Counted from the stretch's first letter, positions 29,688 to 38,258 are shown. The stretch is DNA of 64,000 bases from an uncultured Bacteroidales bacterium (GCA_963743775.1 CAVURA010000011.1:42864-106863); one strand, 5' to 3'. Notes: generated by a model not told the origin, from the sequence alone. Numbers and translations are program-made.

Positions 29688-30167
29688 TTAAATAAGTACC
29701 TGGTCGTCGTTCTCAGGTATATACCCCGTGTCTTCCGAAAGTACCGGCTCTTTTGAGGCATTTACGGCGAGGATGTCACAGCGTTCATTTTCAGTATCGT
29801 TATTATGCCCTTTCAGCCAGAAAAGAGTGACATTATGTTGTCTGAACAGTTCGAGGAAGCGTATCCACAGATCCTGGTTCTTTTTCTTCTTAAAATGTTT
29901 GCGTTCCCAGTCGAATACCCAGCCCTTGTTGACGGCATTGGCCACGTACTGTGAATCGGTGTACAGTTTCACGGGGGTGCCCTTTTTCTTAAGCGCCTCA
30001 AGGCCTTTTATTGCAGCCAGGAGCTCCATCCTGTTGTTTGTTGTGAGACGGAATCCTTCCGAAATCTCCTTCCGGTGGTTTCCCGACATAAGCACCACCC
30101 CGTAGCCTCCCGGGCCAGGGTTACCGCTGCAGGCGCCATCGGTGTAGATGATTACCTCAGTGACCAT
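29688..30167 (-). CDS. rnhA: Ribonuclease HI
   Basis: Motifs are YTDGACSGNPGPGGYG, TNNRMEL, TDSQYV and WLKGHNN..NERCD. Confidence 0.9.
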   Translation of the reverse strand: MVTEVIIYTDGACSGNPGPGGYGVVLMSGNHRKEISEGFRLTTNNRMELLAAIKGLEALKKKGTPVKLYTDSQYVANAVNKGWVFDWERKHFKKKKNQDLWIRFLELFRQHNVTLFWLKGHNNDTENERCDILAVNASKEPVLSEDTGYIPENDDQVLI

Positions 30168-30741
30168 TCGTCAGTGCCAGGCCGGTGTTATTGATAAAGA
30201 GCCTTATGGCTATTGCCAGGAGGATGATTCCGAAGAACTTTTTAAGAATATGCAGCATGGTTGGGCCAAGAAACTTTTCAATGGTTGTGGTCATTTTCAG
30301 CACGAAAAAGACGACGCCGATGTTCAACAATAGTGCAATAAGGATATTAATCGTATGGTATTCTGCCCGTAAGGAAAGTATTGTGGTAATTGATCCGGCA
30401 CCTGCAATCAGGGGGAAGGCAATGGGTACGATACCGCCGCCGCCGTGGGAATCCTGCTTGAAGAATTCCACTCCGAGGACCATCTCCATGCCAATCAGGA
30501 AGATGATGATGGAGCCGGCGATGGCAAATGCTCCGATGTCAACACCGAATATCCCGAGGAGCCTCTCGCCGAAGATCAGGAAGGCAAGGAAAATACCGAG
30601 GGAGGCCAGTGTCACCTTGACGGGCTGCACATCGCCAGTCTTTGCCTTTAGATCCAGGATGATAGGTATCGATCCGATGATGTCAATAATGGCAAAGAGA
30701 ACCATGAAGCAGGCTACTATCTCGATGAAATTGATGTTCAT
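30157..30741 (-). CDS. MarC-family (UPF0056) integral membrane protein
   Basis: 194 aa with six hydrophobic helices. It has a typical MarC N-terminus (FAIIDIIGSIPIIL) and PIAFPLIAGAGSITT. Confidence 0.75.
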   Translation of the reverse strand: MNINFIEIVACFMVLFAIIDIIGSIPIILDLKAKTGDVQPVKVTLASLGIFLAFLIFGERLLGIFGVDIGAFAIAGSIIIFLIGMEMVLGVEFFKQDSHGGGGIVPIAFPLIAGAGSITTILSLRAEYHTINILIALLLNIGVVFFVLKMTTTIEKFLGPTMLHILKKFFGIILLAIAIRLFINNTGLALTNGH

Positions 30742-30771
30742 ATGTCAAAATTTCGGCAAAGATAAGCAAAA

Positions 30772-30913
30772 GCATGGAGCATGGAGCATGGAGCATGGTG
30801 CAAGGAGCAAGCTGGCGATTCCGCGGAGCGGGAGAGACAGTCCCGCGAAGCGGGAGGGATTGGTGCAAGCTGGCGATCTGCCGAGTGGCAATAGGCAGTT
30901 GGCAGTAGTGGGG
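30772..30913. repeat. Composite intergenic repeat array: heptad-phased GCAnnnn x6, direct repeat GCAAGCTGGCGAT x2, GCGAAGC-type mini-hairpins, GGCAnTn x3
   Basis: GCATGGA x3, GCATGGT, GCAAGGA and GCAAGCT are contiguous at 30772..30813. gcaagctggcgat occurs at 30807..30819 and 30865..30877. Mini-hairpins are ccgcggagcgg and cccgcgaagcggg. ggcaata ggcagtt ggcagta lies at 30887..30907. Confidence 0.7.
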
Positions 30914-30979
30914 GACTGCATGTTGAGAAGCATCGCGACGAAATCCCGATAGCGAAGCGCATCGGGAACTGCAAGACAT

Positions 30980-31010
30980 AAAAAAGGGTCACCGGAGCGG
31001 TAACCCTTTT
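30980..31010 (-). terminator. Intrinsic terminator of the S46 peptidase gene
   Basis: On the minus strand the sequence is AAAAGGGU-U-ACCG-CUC-CGGU-G-ACCCUUUU followed by UUAU. This gives a stem of 8+4 bp and a U-run (plus-strand A-run at 30980..30985). It lies about 20 nt after the stop at 31031. Confidence 0.6.
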
Positions 31011-31030
31011 CATAGTTCATAACTGGCAGT

Positions 31031-33181
31031 CTATTGCCGGATATCCATCTCGTTGAGCAGATAGCCTGCGCCGGCATAGATGTCCATAACCCAGAGCACG
31101 TACCTTATATCGACGCAGATGGTCCTCTGAAGCTCTGGTTCAAAGGCGATATCACCTGTCATTGCCTCCCAGTTACCGTCGAAGGCAAGGCCGATGAGTT
31201 CACCGTTGCCGTTAATGACAGGGCTGCCTGAGTTGCCTCCCGTGATATCATTGTCGGTGATGAAACATACTGGCATGTAACCTTCAGATGAAGCGTACCG
31301 CCCGTACTCTTTCTTATCGTAAAGGTCAAGTAGTCGCTGCGGGAGGTCGAATTCATAATCGCCCTTTTTATACTTCTGTATGACTCCGTCCATGGTGGTG
31401 TACCAGTTGTAATGGACAGCATCATACGGATAGTAGTCCAATACCTTTCCGTATGTCATTCTCATTGTGAAGTTGGCATCAGGGTACTTCGTCTTTTCAG
31501 GCATATATTCCATCACCCCGGCAATATAGGTACGCTGGCCCCTGGACAGGTCGGCAGAAAAGCCTTCAAGATCCTTTTGAAGCTTTGCCCTGATAGCGGA
31601 CACTGATTTTGCCGCAATGAAGGCCGGATCTTTCTGCAATGTCTTCGGGTTTGGCTTGTCGAGAAATGCTTTCAGTTTCTCGGGTGAAGTAAAGACAGAC
31701 CTGGTAAACATATCATCTACATAAGCATCGACATTACCTTTGAATTTCTTGTCGATCTGGACATAAAAATCAGGCCAGTACTTTGGGTCGATGTCTGCTT
31801 TGTAAAGTTTTAGAAGAGCCTTAGTCACCTTCCGGTCTGTAGGATAACTGTAATTACCGTAAAAGTTATCGATGTTTTTCAGTACCCTGTCTTTTATTTC
31901 GGTCACCTTCTTACTGTCTTTTTCTGTAAGCGCATCTTCAAGGGATGCAAGCTGGCCGGCGAAGCTGATCATCTCGCATGAACCCCTGAAAACTTCACTC
32001 AGGTATTGTTGAACGTTATACTGTTCGGCCCTTCCCTTAACTGCATTTTCGATGAGTGAGAGAGCGTTGCCGTATTTCTCTGTGCGGGCCGGGTCAGCCT
32101 TGACCCACTTCATGAATTCAGCCTCAAAGGCTGCTTTTTTGTCGGCCGTATGCAGGCGTTCCAGTCCTTCATTCTGTCCAATTGAGTTTTTCCAGTAATT
32201 CGATGAACCGGAGTATTTTGAAGCGTACTGAATATTAATCTTCGGGTCAGCTACCATATCCGCCATCAGAATATCCTGTCTTTCACCGCGGATCTTTATC
32301 CTGTTTGTGTTACTGATCTTCATTGTCTCGTCAACCTCGTAAGAAGTCATATACCTTGTTGTGCCTCCGGGGTATCCCATGACCATGGCAAAATCACTCT
32401 TCTGCAAATTCTTAATTGATACCGGAAGGTAATACTTCGGTTTAAGGGGGACGTTGTCTTCCGAATATTGTGCAGGCTTACCGTCGGGACCCATATAGAC
32501 CCTGAAGACGCTGAAGTCGCCTGTATGACGCGGCCACATCCAGTTATCAGTATCATGGCCGTACTTACCAATTGAGTTGGGAGGTGTGCCGACAAGCCTT
32601 ACATCATTATAAATTTCATAAACAAGCAGGAAATACTGATTTCCACCGTAGAACGGCTGTACCATTGCCCTGTACTGGGTGTCTTTGATAGCCTCGGCTG
32701 TGATAGCAGAGCTCTCTGCCATTACGGCTTCACGGCGTTCAGCTTCGGTCATTCCGGTGTTGGTTTTATCGATGACACGTGATGTGACATCCTCGATACG
32801 AACAAGGAAGGTTACGCTCAGCCCGGGGTTGGGCAGTTCCTCTTTGCGGTTCATAGCCCAGAAACCGTTTGTCAGGTAATCATGCTCGAGGGAGCTGTGC
32901 TTCTGTATCGAACCGTAGCCGCAGTGATGGTTGGTGAGCAGGAGACCTTCAGGGGAGACGATCTCAGCGGTACAGCCTCCGCCGAAGATGACAATGGCAT
33001 CTTTCATGCTGGCTTTATTAAGACTGTAAATATCTTCGGCTGTCAGTTTCAGACCCATGTTGGTCATGGTTCCGATATTCAGCTTTTCAATGAGTGGCAG
33101 CAGCCACATACCTTCATCTGCCCTGGCCTGGAAGCCGGAGAAAGTAACAAGAATAACGACGATGGATAAGAATTTTCTCAT
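31031..33181 (-). CDS. S46-family dipeptidyl-peptidase (DPP7/DPP11-like)
   Basis: The signal peptide is followed by ADEGMWL. The catalytic His context is TNHHCGY and the Ser context is TGGNSGSPVING. The protein is about 716 aa, typical of Bacteroidota DPP7/11. Confidence 0.85.
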   Translation of the reverse strand: MRKFLSIVVILVTFSGFQARADEGMWLLPLIEKLNIGTMTNMGLKLTAEDIYSLNKASMKDAIVIFGGGCTAEIVSPEGLLLTNHHCGYGSIQKHSSLEHDYLTNGFWAMNRKEELPNPGLSVTFLVRIEDVTSRVIDKTNTGMTEAERREAVMAESSAITAEAIKDTQYRAMVQPFYGGNQYFLLVYEIYNDVRLVGTPPNSIGKYGHDTDNWMWPRHTGDFSVFRVYMGPDGKPAQYSEDNVPLKPKYYLPVSIKNLQKSDFAMVMGYPGGTTRYMTSYEVDETMKISNTNRIKIRGERQDILMADMVADPKINIQYASKYSGSSNYWKNSIGQNEGLERLHTADKKAAFEAEFMKWVKADPARTEKYGNALSLIENAVKGRAEQYNVQQYLSEVFRGSCEMISFAGQLASLEDALTEKDSKKVTEIKDRVLKNIDNFYGNYSYPTDRKVTKALLKLYKADIDPKYWPDFYVQIDKKFKGNVDAYVDDMFTRSVFTSPEKLKAFLDKPNPKTLQKDPAFIAAKSVSAIRAKLQKDLEGFSADLSRGQRTYIAGVMEYMPEKTKYPDANFTMRMTYGKVLDYYPYDAVHYNWYTTMDGVIQKYKKGDYEFDLPQRLLDLYDKKEYGRYASSEGYMPVCFITDNDITGGNSGSPVINGNGELIGLAFDGNWEAMTGDIAFEPELQRTICVDIRYVLWVMDIYAGAGYLLNEMDIRQ

Positions 33182-33256
33182 GGTTTATGATTATGATTGT
33201 TTTTGCGAAGTGCCAAAGGTATCAATTTACGGTTTCCCGAAAATGATTTTAACATT

Positions 33257-33859
33257 TTATAAGAAACGGAGCTCGGTCTGCAGCTCCCTGAGGTTAAAGG
33301 TGAGGCGGTGGTATGGTGTAATACCGTGTTCAATGATGGCCTTCCGGTGTTCAGCAGTGGGATAGCCTTTGTTATGGCGCCAGCCGTATTGCGGATAGAT
33401 GGTATCAAGCTCTTCCATGAAGCGGTCGCGTTCCGTTTTGGCGAGTATTGAGGCAGCAGCGATGGAGAGGTATGTGGCATCGCCGCGAATGATTGTCCGG
33501 TGGGGAATGTTGCCGTATGAATAAAATCTGTTGCCGTCGATCAGAAGGAGGAGGGGAGTCACTTTCAGGCCGGAAATTGCGCGGTGCATGGCGGTGATTG
33601 ATGCACGGAGGATGTTCATGGTATCTATCTCGGTGTGGCTGCAGGAGGCTATGGACCAGCTTATTGCATGGGCTGTGATCTCTTCGCGAAGTCTGTCGCG
33701 CTGGCGGGGAGAGAGTTGTTTGGAGTCGTTGAGTTCCCTGTTGCGGTATTTTTTTGGAAGGATCACTGCTGCCGCGAACACCGGTCCTGCGAGGCAGCCC
33801 CGTCCGGCCTCGTCGCAGCCGGCTTCTTTTATTCCGTCGAGGAAGTATGGTTTGAGCAT
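33257..33859 (-). CDS. rnhB: Ribonuclease HII
   Basis: The motif GCDEAGRGCLAGPVFAAAVIL is followed by DSKQLS and ASILAK. I moved the start to the internal ATG (MLKPYF) at 33859, which overlaps the upstream GT4 stop (TGATG). The longer ORF extension is Arg/Pro-rich antisense-like sequence. Confidence 0.9.
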   Translation of the reverse strand: MLKPYFLDGIKEAGCDEAGRGCLAGPVFAAAVILPKKYRNRELNDSKQLSPRQRDRLREEITAHAISWSIASCSHTEIDTMNILRASITAMHRAISGLKVTPLLLLIDGNRFYSYGNIPHRTIIRGDATYLSIAAASILAKTERDRFMEELDTIYPQYGWRHNKGYPTAEHRKAIIEHGITPYHRLTFNLRELQTELRFL

Positions 33860-34992
33860 CAGTGTCGGGTGTCGGTTGCCTTCATGATGCAGTTCCACAT
33901 CTGGTCTGCGGCGTTTTCCCATGTATATCGTTGTGAGTTGAGGAAGCCCTCGTCGGCGAGGCGGCGGCGCAGCGCCTCGTCGGAGACGAGGCGTGCCATA
34001 GCCTCCGCTATGGCACCTGCACCGGCGGGGCCGGTGCAGAGCGCTGCGCCGCCGCTGACCTCGGGCAACGACGAGGTGTCCGACAGGATGCACGGCGTAC
34101 CGCAACGCTGCGCCTCCACAACGGGGATGCCAAATCCCTCAAACCACGATACAAACACAAGCCCCACCGCAGCACCGTAGAGACGTCTTAAGACATCACG
34201 ACCGACAGAACCAGTGAAGAGAATGTCTGAACTGTATGGCGACGCTTCCAACGCCATGTCTATATCCCTGGTGAGATAAAGCCTCTTGCCGGCAAGAAGC
34301 AGAACATGATCGCTGTTACTGCTCTTCCTGAAAAGATCATACGCCCTGATCACTGTCCCGATATTTTTACGCGGAGAGAAGTTGCTCACAAAAAGAAAGT
34401 ATGGCCTGCCACCAGTGAACTCCCTCCGTGTTTCATCAGCCTCACCGGGCAAAGGCGGTGAGAAAATGTCCCCCACGCCGTTCGGAACAACGTCAATCTT
34501 ACTGCTGTCAATACCGTATGTGGTTGAAATATCCTTTGCCGAGAACTCTGAGACTGTTGCCACCCTTACCGCCTTCCTTGCAAACAGCGGGAAGAAGTGC
34601 CGGAAATACAATCGTTCACGCCTTGGTATGTCACCCGGTCGATGCTCATGATTAAGATCGTGTATCACTGTAATGCACGGAACATCTGTGCGAAGAGGAA
34701 TGATCCCGTCAGGTGCGACAAACAGATCGGCGCCGGCTTTCTTCAGTACTCCCGGAAGAAAACACTCGTGCCAGATCCACCAAAGCATAGGGTGAACGGT
34801 GCGTAACGGTATTGTTATATACTCGACGTTATTGCCAGTGACAGGGAGGTCACCAAATCTTCTGTCGCTGATAAGCACAAAATGATGCTCCGGATGGTCA
34901 CTGACGATTCTCACGATGACCTCCCGGGTGAACCAGCCAATACCGTCGTGCGGAACTGGTTTAAGGGTGCGCGCATTAATGGCAATAATCAT
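33859..34992 (-). CDS. Glycosyltransferase family 4 (GT-B)
   Basis: The C-terminal Glycos_transf_1 signature is present (FVSWFEGFGIPVVEAQRCGTPCILSDTSSLPEV). Confidence 0.8.
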   Translation of the reverse strand: MIIAINARTLKPVPHDGIGWFTREVIVRIVSDHPEHHFVLISDRRFGDLPVTGNNVEYITIPLRTVHPMLWWIWHECFLPGVLKKAGADLFVAPDGIIPLRTDVPCITVIHDLNHEHRPGDIPRRERLYFRHFFPLFARKAVRVATVSEFSAKDISTTYGIDSSKIDVVPNGVGDIFSPPLPGEADETRREFTGGRPYFLFVSNFSPRKNIGTVIRAYDLFRKSSNSDHVLLLAGKRLYLTRDIDMALEASPYSSDILFTGSVGRDVLRRLYGAAVGLVFVSWFEGFGIPVVEAQRCGTPCILSDTSSLPEVSGGAALCTGPAGAGAIAEAMARLVSDEALRRRLADEGFLNSQRYTWENAADQMWNCIMKATDTRH

Positions 34993-35074
34993 AGTCTGCC
35001 GCCGTTCTGAATTGCAAATGTGGCGATTAATTTATAAATTGTCATTCATTTGATAAAAGTCATCCAAAGACCCA

Positions 35075-36525
35075 TTGAAGAGAAAATTCCTGGTAAATAT
35101 TGTTTTTCTGCTTGCCGTGAGCATCGTTGTCAAGGCTTTCTGGGTTCTTGGCATTGACCGGACGGTGCAGAACGTCGCAGGCGAAGAGGCTTATGGCTTC
35201 TATTTTTCGCTCTTCAGCTTCTCGGTACTTTTCACTCTTCTGCTTGACATGGGACTGTCGGGCTTCAACAACAGGGCTGTCTCAGCCGATCCTACCCGTG
35301 TGAAACTTTATTTTGGAAATGTACTGCTCCTGCGTCTGCTCCTTACAGCAGCCTATTTTCTTGTCACAGTAACGGTGGCATGGGCTTTGGGCTATACACC
35401 TCACCAGTTCACGCTGCTGCTCGTACTGATGCTTAACCAGGTGATGTCTTCAATGATTCTCTGGCTCCGTTCGAATATCAGCGGGATGCAGTACCTGTTT
35501 CTTGACAGCCTCCTATCAGTTGCCGACAGGCTGGTTATGATCATCATATGCTCGCTGCTGCTCTGGGGAGGGATGACATCCGGGCCGTTCAGGATAGAAT
35601 GGTTTGTCTGGGCGCAGACGGCAGCATATTTTACTGTGATGGTCATGTCGTTCATCTTGTAATACGTCGTGGCGGTGTCTCGAAGGTCAGGCCTGACGCT
35701 GCGGTACTTAAAAGCATTATCATCACAGGATTGCCTTTTGCGCTGGTGGCCTTTGCCATGACCCTTTACTGGCGCATCGACTCGGTGCTTATCGAGCGGC
35801 TGCTTCCCGATGGAGCAATGCAGGCAGGCATATATGCCCAGGCATTCAGGCTTTTTGATGCAGTAGCCATGTTCCCTGTGATGTTCGGAGGCCTCCTGCT
35901 TCCTATAATGTCAAAGGAGCTTGCCGCAGGAAATAATATTGTCCCGCTTGCATCCATGGCCGGCAGGATGCTCCTGGCACCGCTGGGAATAGGAGCAGTG
36001 ACGCTGGCCACCTTCCCCGGCGAGATTCTTGATCTGCTTTACCATGCTCCCTCCCCGGAAGCAGTCAGCGCATTCACGGTGCTGATGCTTACCCTGGTGC
36101 CTGTCGGTGCAGTTTATATCTTCAGCACGATGCTTACCGCAGCAGGCCGTCTGAAAATGTTAGGACTAATAACCCTGGCCGGGATGGCAGTAAACATTCT
36201 TATGAACATTGTACTCATTCCTGCCTTTTCTGCTACAGGAGCTGCCTATGCAGCTCTCTGCACGCAGATTTTAGTTGCGGTGGCGTGTGTCATTGCAGTC
36301 GGGAAAACCATGCGAAAGATGGTCATTCCTAAGAGAGTATTCCTTTACCTGTTTGTGATGTTTTTGACATTCGTTGCAGGCCGGCTGATGAAAATACTGG
36401 AAGTGCCCTGGGCTGCGGCAGCGGCAACAGAGCTCATCGCAGGCTTTGTTTTGGCACTGGTCTTCAGGATGGTTGAGCCTCTCAAAAACCTGAAACTCAT
36501 CCTGCAGAGACGGGATTCTATTTAA
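35075..36525 (+). pseudogene. Wzx-like oligosaccharide flippase (MOP superfamily), frame broken near 35655
   Basis: ORF 35075..35662 (TTG start; about 6 TM helices) and ORF 35548..36525 (about 8 TM helices) together have the length and topology of one polysaccharide flippase. Frame A ends ...MVMSFIL*, and frame B continues ...HLVIRRGGVSKVRPD one nt back. Confidence 0.65.
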
Positions 36526-36564
36526 AAAGTGTTATTTTTGGCGTTGATTATTCACGGGTCTGAA

Positions 36565-37119
36565 ATGAAGGGATTGTTTACATCTACCATTATTACGCTG
36601 GCGTGCTCACTTTCTTTTTCACAGGACTTGTCTCATAAGGTCATGGTTTCCGGAGCCAGCATTTTTACTAGTGGGAATATTTCATATCAACAGACTGTCG
36701 GCGAAGCTGTGGTTGAATTAGTCCTCTCAGACAATAAAGAGTTCATTCTAACGCAGGGATTCCAGCAACCAAGAATTTTAATACCATCGATTTTAATTCC
36801 TGAGGGAAATGGCATTGAATTCTTTCCTAATCCTGTAACTGAGGAAAATGATTACGCTTTAAATGTGAATTTTTTTTCATCGGATGCCTTACCATGGTCA
36901 TATGAAATAATTATTGCCAACCTTATTGGGGCAGTTATTTATAAAAACCAGGTAAATATTTCTATCGAGGATTGGTATCCATGGATTGTAGGCGATCGTG
37001 TGACCTATTCATTTATTTATCCTATTGATTTAGAGCGGTTTGCAAATGGTGTATTTGTAATAAATGTGACCAGGTCTGACGGCCTGATAGATAGATCATT
37101 TAAGATATTGAAATTGTAA
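36565..37119 (+). CDS. Small secreted protein with T9SS type-A C-terminal sorting domain
   Basis: The signal peptide is MKGLFTSTIITLACSLSFSQ. A short passenger of about 60 aa follows (ISYQQTVGEAVVEL...ILTQGFQQP). The CTD pattern is FFPNPV...IIIANLIGAVIYKN...FANGVFVINV...FKILKL. Confidence 0.55.
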   Translation: MKGLFTSTIITLACSLSFSQDLSHKVMVSGASIFTSGNISYQQTVGEAVVELVLSDNKEFILTQGFQQPRILIPSILIPEGNGIEFFPNPVTEENDYALNVNFFSSDALPWSYEIIIANLIGAVIYKNQVNISIEDWYPWIVGDRVTYSFIYPIDLERFANGVFVINVTRSDGLIDRSFKILKL

Positions 37120-37129
37120 AGGACATAAT

Positions 37130-38083
37130 ATGAAAAGAGGATTCTTTAATGTATTTACGATTATAATACCAGTACTAATTATTGGTACTAAAATGGCTAA
37201 TGGTCAGGGAACCGTTCCGGCGGGAATTCATTATCAAGCTGTTGCACGAGATAGTAAGGGAGAACTTGCCAGGAAAAACATAGAGGTACGATTTATCATT
37301 CATGCAGGTTCAGAGTATGGAGACATTGTTCATCAAGAACTTCATGTAGGAGTGGTTACCTCCGATTATGGCGTCTTTTCTCTAATCATCGGACAGGGGA
37401 CAAGAGAGCCGGGTGGTACTGCTGCTTCATTTAGTGATATCGACTGGTCAACGGCAAATCATTATTTACAGGTTCAAGTAAAATTCAGCTCTGATTTTAT
37501 AGACATGGGTTCTCCAATAAGATTTATGGCAGTACCCTATGCAATGTATGCCGGCAAGTCACTTGAGCCGGGTCCTCCGGGACCTCCGGGACCGCAGGGC
37601 ATCCCCGGTGATCCGGCAACAGATGACCAGACCCTAATCTACAACAGAAGTACGAAGGAATTATCTATCTCAAATGGAAATACCGTAACTCTGGATACTG
37701 AGGTTGCATTCAGGGCAAGGAATCTAATATCTGATCTTGCACCTAAAGTAACATATATTACAATGACCTACGATGCACCTGACTTGAACATAAGTGATGC
37801 GTTCAATCCAAGCACTGGAATTTTCACTGCTCCAACCAGTGGTATTTATACATTCAATATCGGATATTTTGCCGAAGGTCCAGGAGATGCAAGGGAAATA
37901 GCCATCCATCTTAATTCAGCGTTATATGAAACCATTGCGACCAGTGTTGCATCTGGTAATACTGTTGGTGGCAGGTCAATAACAATGAGGCTTAGTGCTG
38001 GAAATACAGTCAATGTAGTAATCTTCACCGGCACCGCTGAACAGACCGGTACCGGCTCATTCGCCGGATACAAGGTGAATTAG
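37130..38083 (+). CDS. Secreted protein with short collagen-like (GXY)5 tract and C-terminal C1q/TNF-like domain
   Basis: There is a signal peptide. The N-terminal domain carries HYQAVARDSKGEL...VPYAMYAGKS. The tract GPPGPPGPQGIPGDP lies at 37571..37615. The C-terminal domain of about 130 aa has C1q-like motifs (TGIFTAPTSGIYTFNIGYF and a terminal GSFAGYKVN). Confidence 0.55.
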   Translation: MKRGFFNVFTIIIPVLIIGTKMANGQGTVPAGIHYQAVARDSKGELARKNIEVRFIIHAGSEYGDIVHQELHVGVVTSDYGVFSLIIGQGTREPGGTAASFSDIDWSTANHYLQVQVKFSSDFIDMGSPIRFMAVPYAMYAGKSLEPGPPGPPGPQGIPGDPATDDQTLIYNRSTKELSISNGNTVTLDTEVAFRARNLISDLAPKVTYITMTYDAPDLNISDAFNPSTGIFTAPTSGIYTFNIGYFAEGPGDAREIAIHLNSALYETIATSVASGNTVGGRSITMRLSAGNTVNVVIFTGTAEQTGTGSFAGYKVN

Positions 38084-38122
38084 GTCTGCGGTTATTTGTC
38101 AATGACCATGATGATCTTCTAC

Positions 38123-38210
38123 GAAGATCAATGATTTGATACAATAGAATAATTGCAAATAGCTATGAAGATCAATTATTTGTAACTATAAAATAATCGC
38201 AGATAGCTCG
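38123..38210. repeat. Imperfect 44-bp tandem duplication (2 units)
   Basis: Unit 1 (38123..38166) is gaagatcaatgatttgatacaatagaataattgcaaatagctat. Unit 2 (38167..38210) is gaagatcaattatttgtaactataaaataatcgcagatagctcg. By hand alignment about 35 of 44 positions are identical. Confidence 0.6.
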
Positions 38211-38214
38211 CAGG

Positions 38215-38237
38215 AGCGACGCGCAGTCTGCGCGTCG
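38215..38237. terminator. Perfect 10-bp-stem hairpin between convergent genes
   Basis: The sequence is gcgacgcgca-gtc-tgcgcgtcgc. It lies between the stops at 38083 (+) and 38259 (-). There is no U-tract on either side, so terminator function is uncertain. Confidence 0.4.
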
Positions 38238-38258
38238 CAATAGGGTATTGGTAAAATC

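Noticed and set aside
30185-30952. 255-aa plus-strand ORF overlapping marC and the repeat-rich intergenic region
   Set aside because: It is antisense to a well-formed six-helix MarC protein. It has Pro/Arg/Met-rich composition, and its 3' part is translated heptad repeat DNA.
33635-34180. 181-aa plus-strand ORF and the 82-codon N-terminal extension of the rnhB ORF (33860..34105)
   Set aside because: Both are by-products of the 75%-GC patch inside the GT4 gene (Arg/Pro/Ala-rich, no motifs). rnhB has a proper start at 33859, overlapping the GT4 stop.
37130-38083. Prophage tail-fibre interpretation of the collagen-like/C1q-like gene
   Set aside because: No capsid, terminase, tail, integrase or lysis genes flank it. 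The protein has a Sec signal peptide, and its neighbour is a T9SS substrate, which points to a cellular surface protein.
9464-38210. CRISPR array interpretation of the short repeats at 9464..9538, 30772..30913 and 38123..38210
   Set aside because: The repeat units are 7-44 nt and either contiguous or only two copies. There is no repeat-spacer alternation of CRISPR dimensions, and no cas genes are in the window.
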